The notes under the pieces: generated by a model
The model's database searches: none
Told to the model about the DNA's origin: nothing
Seen by the model: the letters and a program-made list of their open reading frames with translations, nothing else
Part shown: positions 1-12,600 of the stretch, in pieces
Layout: every line of letters starts with the position of its first letter
Numbering within the stretch: position 1 is the stretch's first letter
Origin: Mytilus edulis
Lineage: Eukaryota
NCBI RefSeq assembly: GCF_963676685.1
Contig: NC_092352.1
Location: 4,588,001 to 4,652,000, forward strand
Length of the DNA: 64,000 bases
Direction: 5' to 3'
Made by a program: the position numbers and the translations under genes

Positions 1-416
1 TATTTGGTTATAAACTAAAACATTGACTATTCTTAATTAAATTCTGGATAAAACAAAGATTATAAGATGACTATCCCTCTTGTATATTTCGTCCCTCTTT
101 TAGCAAATGGCAAGATAAGATCCTAAAATTTGTTTTCAATTCTGACATATTTTGTACAACATTTGAGAAGCTTTCAATTTATCAACAAACAAAGTCCTAT
201 AACTCTGGCATTATTAAATTCAAATTTGTAAAATTGAGAATTATGAGACCAGGAAAAACATGTTTTGAGTTAAAATATAGTCTTTTTGTTTATTCCTTAC
301 ATTTATTTGGAAATATACCCGAAGTGATATATGGCTGTTTCTATCTCGTATCATTTTCTTCACATTTTCAACATTTAAATAAAACATCGGTATATAAATC
401 AGTAAAGACAACTAAC

Positions 417-670
417 CTGATCATATTTCAACGTTGAACCTCCAACTGAGATGCTATTCGATGTAACAAGCTGCTGTTCTAGATGATTTTTGACGTTATA
501 CCATCTCGGATCCCTGTTACTAAAACTGACACAATACAAAACAGCAAGGAATATCATATATAAAACTAGCTCTATGAATATCTCTTGCATTTTAAGGCGC
601 TGCTGTCTTTTTTCTTTCAATCTAGCAAGTTTCTTTGGTTTCAATGGAGCTTGCTTCTTTTGGTACACAT
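417..670 (-). CDS. PKD1L exon, TM6 and start of the extracellular TOP region
   Basis: 254 nt, phase 1-0; MQEIFIELVLYMIFLAVLYCVSFSNRD; donor CAG|gttagt. Confidence 0.9.
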
Positions 671-3600
671 CTATAGAAAATTAAGATAAACAGAACTTAG
701 GAAAGTTATGAATAGCAATAAAAAGGTCACTACACGCAATAACCTCTTTATGGACTGTAAATTATAGCCATATTGACATACTTACAGATTCCCTCTTGCT
801 GAAGGTTTTGCTTGATGATGTTTCGGTCCATTTACTATATTCTACCTAATAATGTCATGTTGACAAATAAGAAACTATGGTCCCAACTTCGCGAGGCACA
901 GTGTTCTTAGATGAGTTTATATTTAGCAAATATTTCAAAGTTTAAGGGTCCTTAATTTTGCCTTCAATCTGTGCCAATTTTACTATGACGTGTCGTACAC
1001 AATCATTCTCTACATCGGAAAAAATACACGCACTCCGTTTTTTGTAAAGGTCAAACATAAACGGTAGTGTGGCATATGAACCTATATGCCTCGGACTCTT
1101 TAGAGTTTAAACTTATAATAAAGTGCTGTACTACCAACAGATTGTTTAATTGATCAGTCAGACATAATTATTACAATAAAATCACGTGACAAAATGACGA
1201 TAAGATCAATAATAAGAACATCGTACCAAAAGAGAGGTGAAAGATATCAAAAGCGACATTCAAAATCAAAAATCGGGAATGAACTGAATACCCGGTGAAA
1301 ACTTTTTATTCGTTAAGTTATATTCTCGAAAAAAGGGTTGGATTGTAGATACCACAATTGACATTTCCGTGGTCTTAATAGAAAAACAGATATTCCATAA
1401 GTTTCAATAAACTCATCATAAATACCAGGATTAAATTTAGTATATACGCCAGACGCGCGTTTCGTCTACAAAAGACTCATCAGTGACGCTCGAATCCCAA
1501 AAAGTTAAAAAGGCCAAATAAAGTACGAAGTTAAAGAGCATTGAGAACCAAAATTCCTAAAAGTTTTGCCAAATACAGCTAAGGTAATCTATGCCTGAGG
1601 TAGAAAAGCCTTAGTATTTCAAAAAATTCAAATATTTTGTAAACAGTAATTTATAAATATAACCATATCAATGACAATTCATGTCAGCTCAAAAAGTGCT
1701 GACTACTGGGCTTGTGATACCCTCGGGGAAATAAATCTCCACCAGCAGTGGCATCGACCCAGTGGTTGTAAATAAACTCATCATACATACCAGGACTAAA
1801 ATTTGTATATACGCCAGACGCGCGTTTCGTCTACAAAAGACTCATCAGTGACGCTCGAATCCAAAAAAGTTAAAAAGGCCAAATAAAGTACGAAGTTGAA
1901 GAGCATTGAGAACCAAAATTCCTAAAAGTTTTGCCAAATACAGCTAAGATAATCTATGCCTGAGGTAGAAAAGCCTTAGTATTTCAATGATGATCAATTT
2001 TATATTTTTTTTTATTGATGACCGGAATGATTACTAGTTTTCAACCAAAAGCTGAACAATCAAATCAAATTTTTAAAAATGTAATTCTATGGGATTTTTT
2101 TTATTGAATATATGATCTTCTATAATGATGTCATACAAGCGTATTACTTCATAAGTTTAAATGAAAACGGGAAAAGGGGAAATAATGAGGTTGCACAATA
2201 AATAAGACTATGGAATTTATAGTTCAATTTAGACAAACTTTACCTAAAAGATATAAAAATGGACTTGTTGTACGTCTTTTCGTCTCCATAAGAAGTTTCT
2301 CTCTGTCGTATTTTCCAGTTTTTTCTTTATAACTTTTTACCATCCAGGAGAATACAAGCGACAGCAGTATGATCTAAAACCAAAGTGAAGTTTCAAAATA
2401 AAGGTAACTACATTTACTTTTTATCATGAGTTATATTTGTCCTTTAGTTCATATAAAATAATAGAAGTACTATACCCCATATCCTTATTTTATATATAAC
2501 ATGATAAATTAACATGTACACATTGAGTAAAATTTTTATTTCTGTTTAACTAAAAAGAAATATTAGATTAACTTTATAATGAAAAGATCCCAAATATTGT
2601 CAATTTACCAATTACATAGCGCTAACAATTCTCGTCCATAGTAAGACGTTTATATATCACAATTTATGCATTACGCTCGTTCATGTTCAACTGTACGGAC
2701 TTTATTTGCACGATTGTGATCCTTACATTAAAACTACCCCACCAAAGTAACAAGGAAGAACGAATAAAAACGACGCTATATGAGTAGTTACGGGCACCAG
2801 CAGGAATTGGTTGACTTATACGAAATGTCTATGTCTAACACACTAGCGACATGTTTACGACGTCTTAGATCGATTGTCAACAATTTCTTGTCTGATCTAT
2901 AATTTTATCGATTTTGAAATTCTGATTAAGTATGAATTACAATGATGTGTGATACACAGAGAGCAGTAGACTTTTAATCTCTCTGGGGAACCCAATAAAT
3001 AAAGGCAACAGTAGTATACAGCTGTTCAAAACTCATAAATCCACGGACAAAAAACAAAATCGGGGTAACAAACTAAAACCGAGGGAAACGCATCAAATAC
3101 AAGAGGAGAACAACGACACAACACCAAAATGTAACACACATAGTCAAAATCCCACGAGAATAACAAACATAACATATATATATATATAACATCAAAACCA
3201 AATACATGAATTTGGGATAGACAAGTACCGTGACACGTCTTATCGCAATGTGAATTTACACTAAAAAATGAGAGAAAACAAACGAAACTACGTTATAATG
3301 CAATACACACAGAAACGAACTATTATATAACAATGGCCATATTCCTGACTTGGTACAGGGCATTTTTAAAGGGAAAAAATGGTGGATTGAACCTGGTTTT
3401 GTGGCATGCCAAACCTCGCACTTTTATGGCCATGTGAAATATAACATCAAAATGACAACACAGGACTACAATATAAATAAATTGGAGAACACAATTGACA
3501 AAGAATCACACGAACAACAGCCAACAAAAGGCAACAAGTTCAAGTAAAACTCTTTTTATTTATATGATATGTTTCTCTGCTTCTTTGTTTGATCTTGAAC

Positions 3601-6600
3601 TGTCTTATTCATCAGTTGATAAAAATCTGAAGATTGATAAAGATCGGTAAACAGCTGATGTCTTTATTATAATTTGCGCCATGCATGATGTGCCGATCTC
3701 AAGGCAAGGGTTTATTATTCAGTAGTAGTTACTGATTTGCGCCTGTCACATATTTTGCAATTTGAAGTTTCATAATGAATCTGATTATACATTTTGTCCC
3801 CTTCTGTGGCCTTTTTGAGCTAGATTAGAGTGTTTTCGAATTTGTAAATAGTGCTATAAAATTAGATTCAAGCTCAGAAGCGCAGTGCCATAAATATTTG
3901 ACTGAGACATTAAAAGTTTAATATTTAGGTACGAATGTCAAATAGGGTTTTTAATGGACTTGAAACTTCGATATATTTTCGCAATCAATTTTCGTAAGAT
4001 GTAACACTACAAACGCTAATATTTTAGAAACTATAATCTGTGTCAGATGGATATGTTATATATCTAAAATATATATCAATGTTGATTATTGTATTCAATA
4101 TATGTTGATTTTAATTTGTGTTTCTGGAATCACTACGCATATATCATTTAATAGCTAAACACTGATGTACGATTCTACGTGTACAGCGAAACCTGGAATA
4201 TTTTACCTTAAGTGGATCAACGAGAAGCATCGATTCGATGAATGACACAAAGAAACATAGCAGCCATTCCTCTGACTTCGTCTTTCCCCATTCCATGCTA
4301 TACAGAATTAGAAAAAATCCGGATACAAAGACGGTTAATGTAACTATTCCCCATGCTACATATCTACACCAAAACGGAAGTGAAAATTGAGTGTCGTCTG
4401 TAAAATCTGCTTTAGGATGGGTTTCCGCATCGGTCTTGTCAGAGGTTTGAAGTGTCATGTCCTGGACTACGTCAGTATTTGGTAGAGGCTTCTTCTCGCT
4501 TGTTTTACGATGTCTCGAACTTCTAAACATATATGATACTAAGAATATTGGAGGTGCCGCAATTATGGCACTTATAAGTGAAATGTATATCCCAGAAAGT
4601 GATAATTTGATCGGTCCAATTGAAAAGTAACTGCTGGTATTTTGTCCATAAAACATTGCGTTTGAGATCATAGTAAGAAACAACAATGACAAACAACAAG
4701 CCAATCTTTCTATCCTTGTAAAGTTACTTTCTTCGGGTCGAATAGCAACCGATAGCCATAAGTGATTGTCTGTAGTGTTTTGTCTGGTTTCTTCGTGAAA
4801 TAAAAATGAGAATTTATGTTTATCCAACTTATCTGAAACAGGAATAGCACAATCAATGCAGCCATCATCGTGGTCCAAAGACAACCATTGATCACATATA
4901 AACAGATACCTGTCAAATAAACGAAAATATGTATTTATTGATATTACGGAAGCAGATGTATTTGAATTGTTTTTGGTAAAACATTTGTGTCTGTTTAAAT
5001 CAACACGTGTTTAAGATTACCTTAAATGTGTATAAAGGTTTTTATTGGATGTTATTTGTCGTATTGTTGGTATAATCTCCGAACATGTTCTTTAGGTACC
5101 GAAAGACTTATCTATAAAGGAATTTTTTGTTCTTGTATAAAAAGAAAAGGCTATTTATAATTCTTAAATACACATAATATTTTCTGTTTTGTAGATCGAT
5201 GTATGTTCATGTTGACTACATGGTTGTGTTTGACCCTGTATATGAATGATTGTTTTATATAATGTCTGAGAATAAGTCGTAATGTGTTTAAGCAGATCAT
5301 GGAGAAATTTGAACCGATTTTTTCAGAGTTTTACACGTTTGGTTTTTAGGGTATATTTCTCTCAAAAAGAGCTCATTTCTGGTATATGTATAGAGTTTTG
5401 TAGAAATATTTCATGCTCAGTAAAGCCTGACGAATTAGCACACGAAGAGGAAGAATGATAAGGTAAATTGTAAGCACCTTTAATTTAATAAATTTAATAA
5501 TTTACTTTTAATAAAAAGTATTATCAATCTACCAAAATCCGTCAGATTTACACAAGGCATTAATCTGTGTATTACCACTGGGTCGATGCCACTGCTGGTG
5601 GAGATTTATTTCCCCGAGGGTATCACCAGCCCAGTAGTCAGCACTTTTGTGCTGACATGAATTATCATTGATATGGTATATTTATAAATTTACTGTTCAC
5701 AAAATTTTGAATTTGTGAAACACTAAGGCTTTTCTAACTCAGGCATAGATTAACTTAGCTGTATTTAGCAAAACTTTTAGGAATTTTGGTCCTCAATGCT
5801 CTTCAACTTCGTACTTTATTTGGCCCTTTTAAACTTTTTTGGATTCGAGCGTCACTGATGAGTCTTTTGTAGACGAAACGCGCGTCTGGCGTATATACAA
5901 CATTTAGTCTTGGTATCTATGATGAGTTTATTTTCAAAATCCATAGTTGGTCTGAAATATGCGGTTGGCGTATAAAATTATAATCCTGGTACTTTTGATA
6001 ACTATTTACACCACTGGGTCGATGCGACTGCTGGTGGACGTTTCGTCTCCGAGGGTATCACCAGCCCAGTAGTCAGCACTTCGGTGTTGACATGAATATC
6101 AATTATATGGTCATTTTTATAAATTTTCTGTTTACAAAACTTTTGAATTTTTCGAAAAAAAAACCAAGGATTTTCTTACCCCAGGAGTAGATTACCTTAG
6201 CCGTATTTGGCACAACTTTTGGAAATTTTGGGTCCTCAATGCTCTTCAACTTTGTATTTGTTTGGCTCTTTAACTATTTTGATCTGAGCGTCACTGATGA
6301 GTCTTATGTAGACGAAACGCGCGTCTGGCGTATAAAATTATAATCCTGGTACTTTTGATAACTATTTATACCACTGGGTCGATGCCACTGCTGGTGGACG
6401 TTTTGTCCCCGAGGGTATCACCAGCCCAGTAGTCAGCACTTCGGTGTTGACATGAATATCAATTATATGGTCATTTTTATAAATTTTCTGTTTACAAAAC
6501 TTTTGAATTTTTCGAAAAACTAAGGATTTTCTTACCCCAGGAGTTAATTACCTTAGCCGTATTTGGCACAACGTTTTGGAATTTTTGGTCCTCAATGCTC

Positions 6601-9600
6601 TTCAACTTTGTATTTGTTTGGCTTTTTAACTATTTTGATCTGAGCGTCACTGATGAGTCTTATGTAGACGAAACGCGCGTCTGGCGTATAAAACTATAAT
6701 CCTGGTACTTTTGATAACTATTTACACCACTGGGTCGATGCCACTGCTGGTGGACGTTTCGTCCCCGAGGGTATCACCAGCCCAGTAGTCAGCACTTCGG
6801 TGTTGACATGAATATCAATTATATGGTCATTTTTATAAATTTTCTGTTTACAAAACTTTTGAATTTTTCGAAAAACTAAGGATTTTCTTACCCCAGGAGT
6901 AAATTACCTTAGCCGTATTTGGCACAACTTTTTGGAATTATGGGTCCTCAGTGCTCTTCAACTTTGTATTTGTTTGGCTTTTTAACTATTTTGATCTGAG
7001 CGTCACTGATCAGTCTTATGTAGACGAAACGCGCGTCTGGCGTATAAAATTATAATTCTGGTACTTTTGATAACTATTTACACCACTGGGTCGATGCCAC
7101 TGGTGGTGGACGTTTCGTCCCCGAGGGTATCACAACCCCAGTAGTCAGCACTTCGGTGTTGACATGAATATCAATTATATGGTCATTTTAATAAATTTTC
7201 TGTTTACAAAACTTTTGAATTTTATCGAAAAACTAAGGATTTTCTTACCCCAGGAGTAGATTACCTTAGCCGTATTTGGCACCACTTTTTGGAATTTTGC
7301 GTCCTCAATGCTCTTTAACTTTATTTTTTGTTTGGCTTTTTAACTATTTTGATCTGAGCGTCACTGATGAGTTTTATGTAGACGAAACGTTCGTCTGGCG
7401 TATAAAATTATAATCCTGGTACTTTTGATAACTATTTACACCACTGGGTCGATGCGACTGCTGGTGGACGTTTCGTCTCCGAGGGTATCACCAGCCCAGT
7501 AGTCAGCACTTCGGTGTTGACATGAGTATCAATTATATGGTCATTTTTATAAATTTTCTGTTTACAAAACTTTTGAATTTTTCGAAAAAAAACCAAGGAT
7601 TTTCTTACCCCAGGAGTAGATTACCTTAGCCGTATTTGGCACAACTTTTGGAAATTTTGGGTCCTCAATGCTCTTCAACTTTGTATTTGTTTGGCTCTTT
7701 AACTATTTTGATCTGAGCGTCACTGATGAGTCTTATGTAGACGAAACGCGCGTCTGGCGTATAAAATTATAATCCTGGTACTTTTGATAGCTATTTATAC
7801 CACTGGGTCGATGCCACTGCTGGTGGACGTTTTGTCCCCGAGGGTATCACCAGCCCAGTAGTCAGCACTTCGGTGTTGACATGAATATCAATTATATGGT
7901 CATTTTTATAAATTTTCTGTTTATAAAACTTTTGAATTTTTCGAAAAACTAAGGATTTTCTTACCCCAGGAGTAAATTACCTTAGCCGTATTTGGCACAA
8001 CTTTTTGGAATTTTTGGTCCTCAATGCTCTTCAATTTGTATTTGTTTGGCTTTTTAACTATTTTGATCTGAGCGTCACTGATGAGTCTTATGTAGACGAA
8101 ACGCGCGTCTGGCGTATAAAACTATAATCCTGGTACTTTTGATAACTATTTACACCACTGGGTCGATGCCACTGCTGGTGGACGTTTCGTCCCCGAGGGT
8201 ATCACCAGCCCAGTAGTCAGCACTTCGGTGTTGACATGAATATCAATTATATGGTCATTTTTATAAATTTTCTGTTTACAAAACTTTTGAATTTTTCGAA
8301 AAACTAAGGATTTTCTTACCCCAGGAGTAAATTACCTTAGCCGTATTTGGCACAACTTTTTGGAATTTTGGGTCCTCAATGCTCTTAAACTTTGTATTTG
8401 TTTGGCTTTTTAACTATTTTGATCTGAGCGTCACTGATGAGTCTTATGTAGACGAAACGCGCGTCTGGCGTATAAAATTATAATCCTGGTACTTTTGATA
8501 ACTATTTACACCACTGGGTCGATGCCACTGCTGGTGGACGTTTCGTCCCCGAGGGTATCACCAGCCCAGTAGTCAGCACTTCGGTGTTGACATGAATATC
8601 AATTATATGGTCATTTTAATAAATTTTCTGTTTACAAAACTTTTGAATTTTATCGAAAAACTAAGGATTTTCTTACCCCAGGAGTAGATTACCATAGCCG
8701 TATTTGGCACCACTTTTTGGAATTTTGCGTCCTCAATGCTCTTTAACTTTGTTTTTTGTTTGGCTTTTTAACTATTTTGATCTGAGCGTCACTGATGAGT
8801 CTTATGTAGACGAAACGTTCGTCTGGCGTATAAAATTATAATCCTGGTACTTTTGATAACTATTTACACCACTGGGTCGATGCCACTGCTGGTGGACGTT
8901 TCGTCCCCGAGGGTATCACCAGCCCAGTAGTCAGCACTTCGGTGTTGACATGAATATCAAATATATGGTCATTTTTATAAATATTCTGTTTATAAAACTT
9001 TTGAATTTTTCGAAAAACTAAGGATTTTCTTACCCCAGGAGTACATTACCTTAGCCGTATTTGGCACAACTTTTGGGAATTTTGCGTCCTCAATGCTCTT
9101 TAACTTTGTTTTTTGTTTGGCTTTTTAACTATTTTGATCTGAGCGTCACTGATGAGTCTTATGTAGACGAAACGCGCGTCTGGCGTATAAAATTATGATC
9201 CTGGTACTTTTGATAACTATTTACACCACTGGGTCGATGCGACTGCTGGTGGACGTTTCGTCTCCGAGGGTATCACCAGCCCAGTAGTCAGCACTTCGGT
9301 GTTGACATGAATATCAATTATATGGTCATTTTTATAAATTTTCTGTTTACAAAACTTTTGAATTTTTCGAAAAACTAAGGATTTTCTCACCCCAGGAGTA
9401 GATAACCTTAGCCGTATTTGGCACAACTTTTGGGAATTTTGGGTCCTCAGTGCTCTTCAACTTTGTATTTGTTTGGCTTTTTAACTATTTTGATCTGAGC
9501 GTCACTGATGAGTCTTATGTAGACGAAACGCGCGTCTGGCGTATAAAACTATAATCCTGGTACTTTTGATAACTATTTACACCACTGGGTCGATGCCACT

Positions 9601-12600
9601 GCTGGTGGACGTTTCGTCCCCGAGGGTATCACCAGCCCAGTAGTCAGCACTTCGGTGTTGACATGAATATCAATTATATGGTCATTTTTATAAATTTTCT
9701 GTTTACAAAACTTTTGAATTTTTCGAAAAACTAAGGATTTTCTTACCCCAGGGGTAAATGACCTTAGCCGTATTTGGCACAACTTTTTGGAATTTTGGGT
9801 CCTCAATGCTCTTCAACTTTGTATTTGTTTGACTTTTTAACTATTTTGATCTGAGTGTCACTGATGAGTCTTATGTAGACGAAACCCGCGTCTGGCGTAT
9901 AAAATTATAATCCTGGTACTTTTGATAACTATTTACACCACTGGGTCGATGCCACTGCTGGTGAACATTTAGTCCCCGAGGGTATCACCAGCCCAATAGT
10001 CAGCACTTCGGTGTTGACATGAATATCAATTATATGGTCATTTTTATAAATTTTCTGTTTACAAAACTTTTGAATTTTTAAAAAACTAAGGATTTGTTTT
10101 TAACCAAGGAGTAGATAACCTTAGCCGTATTTGGCACAACCTTTGGGAATTTTGGGTCCTCAGTGCTCTTAAACTTTGTATTTGTTTGGCTTTTTAACTA
10201 TTTTGATCTGAGCGTCACTGATGAGTCTTATGTAGACGAAACGCGCGTCTGGTGTATAAAATTATAATCCTGGTACTTTTGATAACTATTTACACCACTG
10301 GGTCGATGCCACTGCTGGTGGACGTTTCGTCCCCGAGGGTATCACCAGCCCAGGAGTCAGCACTTCGGTGTTGACATGAATATCAATTATATGGTCATTT
10401 TTATAAATTTTCTGTTTACAAAACTTTTGAGTTTTTCGAAAAACTAAGGATTTTTTTTACCCCAGGAGTAGATTACCTTAGCCGTATTTGGCACAACTTT
10501 TTTGAATTTTGGGTCCTCAATTCTCTTCAACTTTGTATTTGTTTGACTTTTTAACTATTTTGATCTGAGCGTCACTGATGAGTCCTATGTAGACGAAACG
10601 CGCGTCTGGCGTATCAAATTATAATCCTGGTACTTAAATTAACAAAAGTTTGTAAGGTTTAAATAAGTTGACCATTTTGGAATGTTCATGAACTACATAT
10701 TGTCTCTTGTCATTCCTGCTGAAAAAAAGCAGTACAAAATTAAAACAAAAATTCATTTTATTTACTCTTATCAATATACGGTTGAAAACTCTCATTGATA
10801 CATACATAGATGTATAGTTCTGTATAGGATCTTATTCATTAAAGGTAAACAATTAATTAGGTTTGTTAGCTTTACCTTTCACTAGTTTGTACATCCTCCA
10901 GTATTATCTTATTAAGATACCATGATGCCGAATTTCCTTGTCCACTATTATCATGCCAAATTTTTAACACCGACGGATCATTTATTGGTCCAGATACACT
11001 CATGACAAATTTCCGGATACTACCAACACCAAAACCCTATATCATAAATAAAACAACTTTGTTATGCCCGCTAAATAGTCATTTTCCTGTCCGATTTCAG
11101 TTGTCTTTTATTATATCTAATTTTATCTGTCATTTGAAGAATTTGTGGTGGGCAGATATATTGCTCCCTTTTAATTTTTAAATTGTTTTATTTTATTTTA
11201 TAGACTATGGACGGCTAAAGTCTAGCTACATTTTATAGACATCTGCCCATTGTTCATAATTGTTTGATGCCCTTTAGATTTATTATTTTATTGTGGTTGG
11301 GTTTGAAATATAACCAGCATTTAATATTCATAACAAAAAAGAGGAGGAATGTACCAAGGTCCATTAAACATCAAAGTTGATGTATTTAAAACAAACAACG
11401 CCGTTGCAACCCTCCCCAAATAATGAACACACATCAGTCTAAAGCTTACGACCGAGAAACACAAACAAAATTTGTGAGTGATCACAGGTGTTCCGATTTG
11501 GTTAGCAGACCCTGCTCGCAAAATGAATTATTTAACTACAGGTTGACCCGATCTTTGGTGGTCATAAACAAATCACATCTGCATGATCATTGTTGTGAGG
11601 ACTAAAAGGGAATGTCATACGTGAAATTGTCTTGCAACAACACGGTCACTGTTTCCTGTCTGTAACATTCTTATTGCATATAATTCAGATGTTCATTGCT
11701 AAGTCTAGACAATATTGAAACGCAACAATGTTTTTAAATGATTTTTGATTTACATCCTATGTCGTTTTCATATTCCAGTCAATACATTTCACTTATGAAT
11801 GTTCACTATACAGAATTCCTTTACAGGCGTTACATGAATAAAATCGGCGCGACACACGTTTTTATGGTCACCATCACGAATTGGTGACCGATACGATGTG
11901 TTTTTGTTTGTTGTATGTTTGTCGTATATTTGAACATAGGTTTTTAATCTGTTTTACCAAAGTCAGGAGCCTTTAATTCAGTGGTTGTCGTTTGTTCATG
12001 TGTTACATATTTGTTTTTCGTTCATATTTTTACATAAATAAGGCCGTTAGTTTTCTCGTTTGAATTGTTTTACATTGTCTTATCGGGGCCTATTATAGCT
12101 GATTATGCGGTATGGGCTTTGCTCATTGTTGAAGGCCGTACGGTGACCTATAGTTGCTAATGTCTGTGTCATTGTGGTCTTTTGTGGATAGTTGTCTCAT
12201 TGGCAATCATACCACATCTTCTTTTTTATATTACCACACAAATGTATGTAACTACAATTTTCCACATGCAAAGTTCACGTGTTTTATCATAAATTTAAAT
12301 CATAAACGATTTTATTTCACTACATTTATAAACAGAAAACTCACTCGATGTGTTTCGTCATCTAATAGTCGTATATCTGGTTCATAAAAATGGCTTTTCG
12401 TTGGTTTGCCATCAATTATCATGAAACCTATTCTTGATTTTGTTCCAGCATGTCTGTGTAGTCCTGTGAACACCGTTAGAATGTACAAGTAATCGTCGTA
12501 AGGTCCGTTGTCACTTAGGTATGATAAGGCCCACTGTAATAGTTACATTAAAACGTCAGTCATAATAAGAGAAATGTTTAATTGTTTTTCAGTTTTAATA

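Larger units (their letters stand above)
1407..1985 (-). mobile_element. Retrozyme variant A, ~1.6 tandem units (365-bp period), sense to the host gene
   Basis: Direct repeat 1407.. / 1772..; two intact hammerhead motifs on the minus strand. Confidence 0.9.

Noticed and set aside
1402-1988. TTTCAAT as a target-site duplication of the sense retrozyme
   Set aside because: It overlaps element-derived sequence at both ends, so it cannot be distinguished from microhomology.
5966-10635. CRISPR array or coding repeat (ORFs 9217-9426, 9573-9806)
   Set aside because: Whole units repeat with no unique spacers, the context is a eukaryotic intron, and the short ORFs are by-products of the repeat.
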